Source: Thermoproteaceae archaeon (lineage in GTDB: Archaea; Thermoproteota; Thermoprotei; Thermoproteales; Thermoproteaceae). From it: 29,597 nucleotides of DNA. Both the position numbers and the translations under genes were made by a program. The notes under the pieces are model-generated. The model worked only from the letters and a program-made list of their open reading frames with translations. It searched no databases and had not been told where the DNA came from. This document shows positions 16,460 to 25,445 of this stretch, in pieces (positions within the stretch are counted from its first letter, which is position 1; each line of letters opens with the position of its first letter). The stretch is from positions 1 through 29,597 of the forward strand of contig JAJHRB010000013.1 of the NCBI GenBank assembly GCA_020833025.1, read 5' to 3'.

Positions 16460-17416
16460 TCAGCACAGCAGCGCCACCGCAATCAGCGGCAGCGCGAGCG
16501 CCGTCGGCAAGGTCAGTGCCGGCCCGTATCCCCTCGCTCTAACAATGAGGGAGAGCGTGAGGCGCAGACCTGCGTAAATCACGAGCGCAGACAGCAGTAG
16601 TAAGATCGCCGCGGCTAACACGCCGCGCGCCGACGCGCGCACGGCCACAAATGTCAGCATTGCCCCGTACGCGACAAAGTCGCCAGTTCCTAGCGCCGCT
16701 GACTTCACCCTCACGGTGAACCCGGGAATTAGCAGGCCGCGCCCCTCAGGTCTCGGATTCATCTTGAGCTGCCGCTGTATGATTCTGCCGAGGAGCCCCC
16801 TGTTGACCATGAAATAGTCATATACGGCAAGCGAGAGCAGTATCGCGACGACGGTCGCAGCGGGGAGCAGCCACGCGAGCATGGCACCGGCAAGAGAGGC
16901 CAGAATGCCCAGAAGCGCATCTCCGCGCTCTCTGTAGACCAGGTAGGCAACAGACGCGCCGAGCAGCGGGGACGCGGCTATCGCGCACGCTGCAGCGCGC
17001 TCGTTCACAATGCCGTTGATGTAATATAGAAATGCATAGAATTGCAAAATGCCCGTAGATAGCGCGAACCACACAAAAAGCGAGAAGAGCTTGACGAGGC
17101 GCCTGCGAGATGCCAGAAAGTAGAGCGCTACCGTTGCCGCGAGCAGGAGTGAGAAGAACACCGCCAGGTTGTAGGCAGCTGTCTCCACACCCTCAGAGCT
17201 AGAGTAGGGCAGCGGCTGGAGCGGCACAGGCCTGGCGCCGGTGTTTATCAATGCGGGGAGCGACCCGAGGATTGCGGCGCTCGCGGCCAGCGCCGCGGCT
17301 AGCCCCGCGCCGCTGCCCCTCTCTGCTGGCATGACGGCGCGAGCGTGTCGGTGCAGCCGGGCGCTCGAGCGACGGCACTGGGCGGGCCCCTCGCCCGGCG
17401 GGGGGCACTCATCCAT
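16460..17416 (-). CDS. Presenilin/signal-peptide-peptidase-like intramembrane aspartyl protease (A22)
   Basis: YD, LGTGD and GPAL motifs in a polytopic membrane protein. Start is 17416 or 17332. Confidence 0.82.
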   Translation of the reverse strand: MDECPPPGEGPAQCRRSSARLHRHARAVMPAERGSGAGLAAALAASAAILGSLPALINTGARPVPLQPLPYSSSEGVETAAYNLAVFFSLLLAATVALYFLASRRRLVKLFSLFVWFALSTGILQFYAFLYYINGIVNERAAACAIAASPLLGASVAYLVYRERGDALLGILASLAGAMLAWLLPAATVVAILLSLAVYDYFMVNRGLLGRIIQRQLKMNPRPEGRGLLIPGFTVRVKSAALGTGDFVAYGAMLTFVAVRASARGVLAAAILLLLSALVIYAGLRLTLSLIVRARGYGPALTLPTALALPLIAVALLC

Positions 17417-17437
17417 GCGCCGGGACGGCGCCGGGAA

Positions 17438-17629
17438 TTAATAAACATCCGGCGCGGCGGCAGAAAGGGCGCGCGGAATGGCGCGGCATTCAGCGGGTAG
17501 AGCCCCTACGTCCTGGGAGCGCTCCCAGCGGCACCGGGCGGCTCCACGCTTCTGGCTAAGCGCTCCACCAACAATTCCGCAGTGGCGCTGGGCATCGCCA
17601 AGCAGCTGGAGGAGACAGTACTCGGGCAT
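17438..17629 (-). CDS. Small hypothetical protein, 63 aa, 4 Cys
   Basis: ATG start, same strand as and directly upstream of the presenilin gene; no family recognised. Confidence 0.35.
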   Translation of the reverse strand: MPEYCLLQLLGDAQRHCGIVGGALSQKRGAARCRWERSQDVGALPAECRAIPRALSAAAPDVY

Positions 17630-17906
17630 AGCGCGCCCCGGCCCGAGCTACGCGGCGCAGCTCCCCAAAGCAGGCCGGGAGTAACGGGGACGGCCAGAGG
17701 GGGTGCTGCCGCTGAGACGGCGGCGCCGGCCTCTCAGCACAGCTACAGTTACGAGCCTCCCGTGAGCCCCCTGCGGCAGCGCTCCCGACGCGAATCGCGC
17801 AGCCCCTCCCCGGCAAGAGCTCCCTAATGCCGCGGACCAACCCCAGCCGGCCGCAATATTGCCGTCCGGGCCTGCCGCGCAGCTCTCGTAACCGTTTTTA
17901 GCGGCA

Positions 17907-18623
17907 ATGGGGCGCTCGGCTGTGGCTGTTTTCAACACTCCGTGCACGGTCATCATGGGAGTTGTCGCCGGGAGGGCGGTGTACGTAGAGCTCAATAGCG
18001 GGGAGAGACTGGAGGAGCCAGTCAACGTCAGCATCGACTCCGCAGAGCCCAGGATCGGCGAGGGGGAGCTCCTGAGCGGGCACATTGCAATTACTTCGCT
18101 CTCAACTACAATAGTCAAGGCCATAGCGCTCAGCAAGCCGGCATACGTGCTCGAGCTCGGCGGGCTGAGACCTCTGGCGAGGGGCGCCGTGAGCGTCAGG
18201 GGCGTGAGGGCCAGGGAGTTTGGCGCCTGGGAGCAGGTGTGGAACAAGCCCGTGTACCTGTCTGCAGAGAGCCCGACGCTGGTTGTGTGTGCGTCCCGCG
18301 CGGGCCCGCTACTTAACATAACCGTCGCGCCGTCTGACGTCGAGCTCGCTAGCGTGATTGCAGCCACGACGGACGCGCTGAAGGGAGCGGGCGAGGTCTC
18401 GCTCAACTGTATGTGCAGGCTCCGTGCGCTGCCGTGCGAGGTATTCGCGGTCAGGGGCAGCGCGTACGCTCTTGCCAGGTTCTACCTCAACTCGTCATCG
18501 CCTAAGTGGGCCACCGCACTTTTCGTTGTTAGCGAGGGCGGCATTACCCTTCACAGCGTTAAAGTTGAGTTGCCGGAGGCAGCGCGCACAGCGCGCGAGC
18601 TTGCCAAGTACCTACTGAAGTAA
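17907..18623 (+). CDS. Hypothetical protein, 238 aa
   Basis: Long ORF with normal amino acid usage, co-oriented with the downstream gene. Confidence 0.75.
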   Translation: MGRSAVAVFNTPCTVIMGVVAGRAVYVELNSGERLEEPVNVSIDSAEPRIGEGELLSGHIAITSLSTTIVKAIALSKPAYVLELGGLRPLARGAVSVRGVRAREFGAWEQVWNKPVYLSAESPTLVVCASRAGPLLNITVAPSDVELASVIAATTDALKGAGEVSLNCMCRLRALPCEVFAVRGSAYALARFYLNSSSPKWATALFVVSEGGITLHSVKVELPEAARTARELAKYLLK

Positions 18624-18653
18624 CGCACATAAGGGCGCGCGCGAGGGTCTGCA

Positions 18654-19733
18654 ATGATAGAATACGGCGTTGTGCTCGCGGGGGGCTTCGCGACGAGGCT
18701 CCGGCCTCTCAGTTACACAAAGCCAAAGCCTCTCTTCCCAATTCTTGACAAGCCCGTGATAGACTGGGTGCTGGAGAGAGTTGTAGAGATAGCAAAGCCG
18801 GTTGTGTCCGTCAGGTATCTCTCCCACGCCATAAGGAACTACTTAGGCACTAGGTGGGGCGACGCCGTGAAGATAGTGGAGGAGGACAGGCCGCTGGGTG
18901 ACGGCGGCGCCGTTGCTCACGTGGTGGAGAATCTCGGCATCAACGGCCCCGCTCTAGTCGCTTACGGGGACGTCTTCACTGACATCTCAACAAAGTCGCT
19001 GTGGGAGTTTCACAAGAGGTCTGGCGCAGCCGTAACAATAGCGCTGGTACGGGCCCCGCCGGAGGACGTCGCGAGGTTTGGAGTCGCGGTGGTTAGCGAC
19101 AGCGGCAGGATCGCGCAATTTGTGGAGAAGCCGAAAGAGCACGTCGGGAGTAATCTTGTCAATGCCGGCTTTTACGTGTTCGAGTATGATGCACTCCGCG
19201 AGTTCATAAAGCCGAACAGCGGCGAGCTGAGGATAGCGAGAGACCTCATTCCGCGCATGATGAGAAAGTTTGATGTCTACGGTTATATCCATGAGGGCTT
19301 GTGGTTTGACATAGGCACGCACTCAGACTACCTCAGGGCCAATTTCGCGGCGCTGGAGAGGTTCGGCGCTGGCGTGCAAAGCGTCGGCGACGCTGTGGTA
19401 GTCCCGCCGGCGTATGTAAGCAAGGGCGTGACAATCGAGCCCGGGAGCGTCATCGGGCCCTACGCAGTCGTGGGAGGCGGGAGTAAGATAGGGCCCTACG
19501 CGCGGATTAGAGAGAGCGTGCTGATGGGCGGTGTAATCGCGGGGGCCGGCGCTTACGTCCGCCGCTCAATAATTGGCGACGGCGTGGTGCTCGGGAGGTG
19601 GGCCCGCCTTGTGGAGGCTGTGGTGGCAGAGGGGGTTTACATAAGGGACGAGGTTCACGTCGAGAGAGGCGCCATGATAGGCCCAAATAGAGAGGTCGAG
19701 GGAGATGTCAGGAATGGCGAGGTGCTACCCTAA
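18654..19733 (+). CDS. NDP-sugar pyrophosphorylase (mannose-1-phosphate guanylyltransferase/GlmU-like) with C-terminal hexapeptide repeats
   Basis: LAGGFATRLRPLS..KPKPL, YGD, FVEKP, WFDIG. Confidence 0.9.
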   Translation: MIEYGVVLAGGFATRLRPLSYTKPKPLFPILDKPVIDWVLERVVEIAKPVVSVRYLSHAIRNYLGTRWGDAVKIVEEDRPLGDGGAVAHVVENLGINGPALVAYGDVFTDISTKSLWEFHKRSGAAVTIALVRAPPEDVARFGVAVVSDSGRIAQFVEKPKEHVGSNLVNAGFYVFEYDALREFIKPNSGELRIARDLIPRMMRKFDVYGYIHEGLWFDIGTHSDYLRANFAALERFGAGVQSVGDAVVVPPAYVSKGVTIEPGSVIGPYAVVGGGSKIGPYARIRESVLMGGVIAGAGAYVRRSIIGDGVVLGRWARLVEAVVAEGVYIRDEVHVERGAMIGPNREVEGDVRNGEVLP

Positions 19734-19869
19734 CGCCATCATCAATTCCAACCGCGCCACGGACTCTCTCACGCCCTTTAAGGGCGCGAGACAGGCCGGA
19801 TCTTAGCTATTGCCTCTGAGAGCCGCGGCGGCCACTCGCGACGGCCGGCGCCAGCTCTCGGTGCAGTCC

Positions 19870-20052
19870 CTATCGTGCTACAATAATACCTGCTATTATT
19901 ACCGCGATGCTTAATACTACAAGCGCAAGTACAACCTCAAAGCTGGCACCTGCGCCGAGCAGTAGTTCTGCCGTCGCGACATGCACAGTCATGAGTACAA
20001 TGAAGAGCCCTGCTATTATCAGCGCGGCCCCCGCCTTAGTCGCGAGCTCCAT
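19870..20052 (-). CDS. Small membrane protein, 60 aa
   Basis: Two hydrophobic helices, directly downstream of the helicase gene. Confidence 0.6.
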   Translation of the reverse strand: MELATKAGAALIIAGLFIVLMTVHVATAELLLGAGASFEVVLALVVLSIAVIIAGIIVAR

Positions 20053-20073
20053 GCGTCTGAGCGCCGCAGAGGC

Positions 20074-22374
20074 CTATACCACTCCTCGCTCTCCACTCGG
20101 GATCTCCGTGGTTGCAGGACTCGCGCCCCCGGCAAGTGCCGCCTCTAGCACTCTGATTGCGTTTACTCTCGATAGCATTTTGTTATTATTGCCGCAGTAC
20201 GGCGAGTACACACACTTCGGGCACCCGTCAGCGCACTCGCAGCTCTTTAGAATCTTGAGTGCTATCTCAACGACTCTCCTGAAGTTCTTCAGCAGCAATC
20301 TCGCCGTGCCGTTCCCGCCCACGTGGGAGTCGTATATCACAACGACCCCGCTGGGGTAGCTAATCCCGCCGAGGTCCGTCTTCGACGCGCCGACTGCTAT
20401 CTCGGCGGCAGAAATTAACACGTGCTCTGCGGCGTGATAGCCTCTGGCTCTCTCGTGCCAGTCCACGACGTCGTTCGGGCTGAATCTAACCTGCGGCAAG
20501 TAGAGGACGGCGCCCTTAGTCTCGAACTCATACGACAGCGCCCTCTCGCCGAGCATTATCTCGCCCAGCGTCTCGTCCGTTGTGAATCTCTTCAGCGCGT
20601 AGCCGTAAACAGTCGTCCTCACGCGCAGTCTGCCGAACTGGTAGTAGGCCCCCTCTGCTTTACCCTCGGCGTGGACTTCAACAATTTCAGGCTCCATGTC
20701 CTCAAGCGCCTGCGTCACTAAATCGCCGGCGTCAAATGTCTCAACGACGGCAATCCGCCTTGCCGGATCCAGGCACACAGACCTGTAAGTCCTCCCGCCG
20801 TGCATGTATATTGCCTCGGGGTGGAGCTCGTAGAGGGCCAGCGGGAGCTCCCTCTCGCCTACGGCTCTCGCGCCAAGCGCAGCGGGCTCGGCGCACGCGC
20901 GCTGCCCCCTGCTCTCGCCGGGCGGGCTCTCGACTACCATTATTTTCACCACGTGCGGCGACCCCCTCATGCTGAGGGCCCTCACGCGCTCGCGCCCCCT
21001 GCGAGTTGGCACGAAATACTCACCCGCTCTTGCCAGGAGGCCCCTCCTCGCCAGCTCCTCCGCTATCCTTCTCTCAAACGGCGAGAGCTCGCCAGCTCTC
21101 AGCGGCATCTCGGCCGCGGCAGCTATTAGGTGGAGGGAGGCAACGTCCTCGTTCTCGGCCTCGAAGCCGAGGGGCTCCGGCGACCGCTCGAAGAACTCGC
21201 GCGGGTAGCTGTAGTAGTACTGGGAGATCGGGTCGTTGCCCAGGATCTGGACGACGTATCCCGTCTGCCCCCTGCGCCCGACCCTGCCAACGCGCTGCAA
21301 GTATTTGTTGTAAGAGGGGGGTATCGACGCGAGAATTGCCGCGTCGACGTCGCCCACATCTATGCCAAGCTCGAGCGTCGGCGTGGATATCACAACGCAT
21401 ATCTCGCCGCGCTTGAACGCGACCTCCACTCTCTTTCTCTCATCGGGCGAGAGCCCGGCTCGGTGCACGGCAACTCTCTCGCCGTAGCCCGACATCTTCA
21501 GCGCGCGGTATATTATCTCGCTGTATCTGTGGCTGTCGGTGAACAGTATGCACTTGAGCCCGCCATCTACACACGCGGCCGCGAGGCGTGCGGCCTCAGC
21601 CCACTTCGATCTATACCTGGGCCTTGCGAGAATTTGCACGAGCCTGCCCCGCCTGCCGCGCGGTCCCTGCACGACTCTCACGTTACTGCTGCCGAAGAGC
21701 GCCTGGGCGAACTCCAGCGGGTTCCCCACGGTTGCGCTCGTCGCGATGAGCACGGGCCTCACGAACCTCTTGAGTCGCCGCAGTAGGTAGTGCATGTGCG
21801 ACCCGAACACGCCGCTGTACACGTGAAAGTCGTCGAGCACCACGTACTCGACCCTGGTCACAACCTCTCTGAACTTCGTCACGTGAAGAAGCGCCTGGTT
21901 GACCATGTCCGGGTTGCTTATGATGATGTGCGGAGGCGCGTCGTAGAGAATGCGCCTATCTCTCTGCGGCGTATCCCCGTCGTAGACCATTACTCTCACG
22001 CCGAGCTTGTCCGCAAGCCTCTGCAGTCTCGAGAGCTGGTCCCTGGCGAGGGCCTTGGTGGGGTACAAGATCAGGGCAACGGGCCCCCTCTGTCTTTCAA
22101 GTGATGATTCCAGCACTGGCGCGAGGAATGCCTCAGTCTTGCCCATTCCCGTGCCGGCGACAATTACGGTGTCCCTGCCGCTTCTTATGCTCTGAATTGC
22201 ATCGTACTGGTAGCTGTACAGTGCCCTCACCCCGCGCGAGGCGAAGGCCTCGGCAACCTCTCTCCTTAACACGCTGAAGACGTCACAGCACGCCTCGACA
22301 ACCTCCGCCTCGTCAATCTTCACGTACACGACCTCTCTCCCCGGGTCCTCCGTTATTGCGCCAAGAAAGTCCAC
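20074..22374 (-). CDS. SF2 helicase with C-terminal DUF1998 four-Cys domain (Hrq1/MrfA-like)
   Basis: GTGMGKT, SAT, TPTLELGID, QRVGRVGR, CECADGCPKCVYSPYC. GTG 22374 chosen because of the TATA at 22394-22402. Confidence 0.92.
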   Translation of the reverse strand: MDFLGAITEDPGREVVYVKIDEAEVVEACCDVFSVLRREVAEAFASRGVRALYSYQYDAIQSIRSGRDTVIVAGTGMGKTEAFLAPVLESSLERQRGPVALILYPTKALARDQLSRLQRLADKLGVRVMVYDGDTPQRDRRILYDAPPHIIISNPDMVNQALLHVTKFREVVTRVEYVVLDDFHVYSGVFGSHMHYLLRRLKRFVRPVLIATSATVGNPLEFAQALFGSSNVRVVQGPRGRRGRLVQILARPRYRSKWAEAARLAAACVDGGLKCILFTDSHRYSEIIYRALKMSGYGERVAVHRAGLSPDERKRVEVAFKRGEICVVISTPTLELGIDVGDVDAAILASIPPSYNKYLQRVGRVGRRGQTGYVVQILGNDPISQYYYSYPREFFERSPEPLGFEAENEDVASLHLIAAAAEMPLRAGELSPFERRIAEELARRGLLARAGEYFVPTRRGRERVRALSMRGSPHVVKIMVVESPPGESRGQRACAEPAALGARAVGERELPLALYELHPEAIYMHGGRTYRSVCLDPARRIAVVETFDAGDLVTQALEDMEPEIVEVHAEGKAEGAYYQFGRLRVRTTVYGYALKRFTTDETLGEIMLGERALSYEFETKGAVLYLPQVRFSPNDVVDWHERARGYHAAEHVLISAAEIAVGASKTDLGGISYPSGVVVIYDSHVGGNGTARLLLKNFRRVVEIALKILKSCECADGCPKCVYSPYCGNNNKMLSRVNAIRVLEAALAGGASPATTEIPSGERGVV

Positions 22375-22529
22375 GCCGCGGCCGCCGCGCTGGGTTATTA
22401 ACTTGCAGCACGGCCGCAGAAATTCCATCGCCACGCTCCTGTCTGCCGCGCGCTGATACAACTCAGAAGGCAGGCGTTAGGGCCGCAGCTGAGGAGAGAG
22501 CCGGGGGCGGCCGGGAGCTGGCGCGCGAT

Positions 22530-24251
22530 CTAGGACGCCTCCAGGTGCCGCGTCACGAACTTAACGACCTCGGCGTACGCTGCCACGCGGTTCTCGACCT
22601 TAGATATCGTGTGGCCCTCATCTGGCAGTATGAGCAACTTGACCTCCCTGCCCAGCTCGCGGAGTCTCTTGGCAAGCTCCTCGGCCTCAGAGACGGGCAC
22701 GCGCGTGTCGTTTGCGCCGTGGACTATCATCAGCGGCGCTTTTATCTTGTCGACGTGGGAGGCGGGACTGAGCTGCAGCAGCACGTCTCTGTGTCTCTCC
22801 AGCGAGCCGTACTCGGCCTCTCTATAGCGCCTTCTCCACGGCGCCGTGCGCTCCAGAAATGTGACGAGATTAAACATTCCCGATATCTCAACGCCGCAAG
22901 CCCACATGTCGGGCGCCGTCGCCAAGGCCATCAAGGCTAGGTAGCCGCCGTAGGAGCTACCCATCACGCACGGCCTCTGCCGCGAGATTCCCTGCTCTGC
23001 AAGCCACCGCGCGAACGCCTCGACGTCCTTGATGGCGTCCCACCTCTTCTCCACGTCGTCCAGGTGGACGAAAGTCCTCCCGTACCCTGCGCTTCCTCTG
23101 TAGTTCGGCGCCGCCACAACTATGCCTGACAGCAAGAGCGCCGCGGTGAGAGGCTTAAGCGCAGGCCTGTCTTGACTTTCTGGGCCGCCGTGTAAGTACA
23201 CTACAACCCCCCGCGCGCTGCCCGGCGGCCTGTAAATGTTTGCGTGAATTCTCCTCCCGTCGTGACTCACGTACCACACGGACTCGGGCTCGGGCACTCT
23301 CTCTAGGGATATTCCGAGCCTGGGAGAGCGCGTCACCTGCACTACCGCATCGTGCCGGTAGGAGTACACCTCGTGGCCTCTGTTTATGCTCGACAGGGAG
23401 AACGCGAGAATGCCCTTGCTGTAGTGCATTGACGTGACGACTCCGCGCGGAGTGGATATTCTGTGCACGAGCCCCGACGGAATGTGCATGAGGTAGAGCC
23501 CCGACGCGCCCTCCTCGTTCGCTGCAAACGCTATGTAGTTGCCCCACGCGTCGAGCAGCTCCACCTCCTTGTCCAGCTGGACTAGGTACTTCCAGCTGCC
23601 AGTGCTCAACTCCATGATTGCAACTCCGACGCACTCTGACTCCATGTTGGTCAAGAAGACAAGCTTTCCACTCCCGATGTACTTTGGCGAGAAGTTAAGA
23701 GCCTCGCCGCTGTGTCTCGTCAGCTCCTTCAGCTCACCATCTCTAAACATATAAATTGTGCTATCGAGGTTTGTCTCGTAGTGAGTTATGAATATGCCGG
23801 CCTCCGACCACTCCTCAACGAAGTTGAGACCTGGAAGCTCCGCAATCTTGGCGATGCCCCGCGTCCTCCTATCGTAAACGTAGATGTAAAAGTTCTCAGT
23901 GCTGTCTCTAGTCGACGAGAAGGCCAGCTTCTGCGCGTCGGGGGACCACGCGCCGAGGTAGTTCACGCCCTCTGCTGACGCCTCCACTATCTCATCGCCG
24001 TCAACTACGTAGAGCTGCCACTTCTCACTGCCGCCGCGGTCTGACGTGAACGCCAGGGCCCCATCGCGCGCCAGCTCGTAATCATGCACGCGCGAGCTCC
24101 ACGGCAGCACAAGGTCATGCGAGGTCCCCTCGAAACGCCACAGCTGCATAGTGCCCGTGATGTCGCTGAGGTAGTATATAGAGCCGTCGGGCCCCACCCG
24201 CGGGCTTTCCGCAGAGCGTATCGCCAGCACCTTCCTTATTAGCAGCTCCAC
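22530..24251 (-). CDS. S9 family peptidase (acylaminoacyl-peptidase-like)
   Basis: Beta-propeller N-terminus, HGGP, GSSYGG, NDTRV, EGH. Confidence 0.92.
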   Translation of the reverse strand: MELLIRKVLAIRSAESPRVGPDGSIYYLSDITGTMQLWRFEGTSHDLVLPWSSRVHDYELARDGALAFTSDRGGSEKWQLYVVDGDEIVEASAEGVNYLGAWSPDAQKLAFSSTRDSTENFYIYVYDRRTRGIAKIAELPGLNFVEEWSEAGIFITHYETNLDSTIYMFRDGELKELTRHSGEALNFSPKYIGSGKLVFLTNMESECVGVAIMELSTGSWKYLVQLDKEVELLDAWGNYIAFAANEEGASGLYLMHIPSGLVHRISTPRGVVTSMHYSKGILAFSLSSINRGHEVYSYRHDAVVQVTRSPRLGISLERVPEPESVWYVSHDGRRIHANIYRPPGSARGVVVYLHGGPESQDRPALKPLTAALLLSGIVVAAPNYRGSAGYGRTFVHLDDVEKRWDAIKDVEAFARWLAEQGISRQRPCVMGSSYGGYLALMALATAPDMWACGVEISGMFNLVTFLERTAPWRRRYREAEYGSLERHRDVLLQLSPASHVDKIKAPLMIVHGANDTRVPVSEAEELAKRLRELGREVKLLILPDEGHTISKVENRVAAYAEVVKFVTRHLEAS

Positions 24252-24492
24252 GGCGGTCGCGGCCCGCGAGGTTAAATGTTACCACCTAAAAATTTAAAGA
24301 GGGGGCCCGGCGGGCGGGTTAGTGAAAGTGAGGCCGAGCTGTACTGAGCTCTATCCCAAGCGAGGGCGCGGCGGCGCTCCAGAGCAAAGCCGGTGGGGAG
24401 GAGGAGAGATTCGGCATGCAGGAGGGGCTCCGCGAGCGGGAACTCACGCACCCCGCCGCGAGCTCTGGGGGCAGTAGGGGGTCGGGAGGCAC

Positions 24493-25356
24493 ATGGAGAG
24501 CCAGCCCATACTGCTCGCGATACCTTCTAAGGGCAGGCTCCAGGAGCCGACTCTCGAGCTCCTCGATGCCATAGGCCTGAGGCCGCTCTCCTACGACGAG
24601 AGAGCCCTCGTGTTGCAGACAACGTGGAGCGACATATACTTAATCAGGGCGAGGCCCGAGGATATTCCGTACCTAGTGGAGTCCGGCAGAGTGCGGGCCG
24701 GGATCACGGGGCACGACTATGTCGTCGAGTCGGGGTCAAACGTGCTGGAGGCGCTCGACCTGAAGTTCGGGGCCGGGAGGCTTGTGATCGCGGCGCCCAA
24801 GTCCGGTGGGATTCGCTCCGTCGACGAGCTGCCTGAGGGGGCCAGGGTGGCCACGAAATACGTAAATATTGCGCGGAGGTATTTTGCGGGAATCGGCAAG
24901 GTCGTGAAGATAATAAAAGTCACGGGCTCTGTTGAGGTGCTGCCAAAGCTAGGCATTGCTGATGCAATACTCGACGTAATGTCGACAGGCACGACGCTGG
25001 AGATCCACGGGCTGACGCCGGTTGCCACCGTCATGGAGACCTCGGCAAGACTCATAGTACATCCGGACTACGCCAATAACGAGACGATAAACAAGCTGGT
25101 CACGTACTTGAGGGGGTACTACGCCGCGCAGGGGAGGAAGATGGTGTTCATGCACGTGCCGCTATCAAAGCTGGAAGAGGTGCTGGCAATTCTGCCGGCA
25201 ATGGAAGCGCCGAGCGTCACAAAGCTCGCGAGAGGGGACATGTACGAGGTCTTTAGCGTGGTCCCAGAGCAGATACTGCCCGACTTGGTCGTCAAGTTGA
25301 AGAGAGTGGGCGTCAAGGACATTGTAGTCATGTCTATCGAGAAGCTTATTATGTAG
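24493..25356 (+). CDS. hisG: ATP phosphoribosyltransferase (long form)
   Basis: AIPSKGRL, VATKY, GSVE, DAILDVMSTGTTL; GGAGG Shine-Dalgarno at 24485-24489. Confidence 0.96.
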   Translation: MESQPILLAIPSKGRLQEPTLELLDAIGLRPLSYDERALVLQTTWSDIYLIRARPEDIPYLVESGRVRAGITGHDYVVESGSNVLEALDLKFGAGRLVIAAPKSGGIRSVDELPEGARVATKYVNIARRYFAGIGKVVKIIKVTGSVEVLPKLGIADAILDVMSTGTTLEIHGLTPVATVMETSARLIVHPDYANNETINKLVTYLRGYYAAQGRKMVFMHVPLSKLEEVLAILPAMEAPSVTKLARGDMYEVFSVVPEQILPDLVVKLKRVGVKDIVVMSIEKLIM

Positions 25357-25445
25357 GCGCCGCTGCTCGGCTCCTGGTTCTGTTGCCGCCTAGCAAATGT
25401 GCTAAGCGCGTAGTGGAAAAATTCCTGAGAACTATTTTAATTCGG

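Noticed and set aside
17630-17900. ncRNA or gene in the GC-rich spacer
   Set aside because: Only a 7-bp stem (GCTGAGA/TCTCAGC) and low-complexity ORFs; no recognisable family motif.
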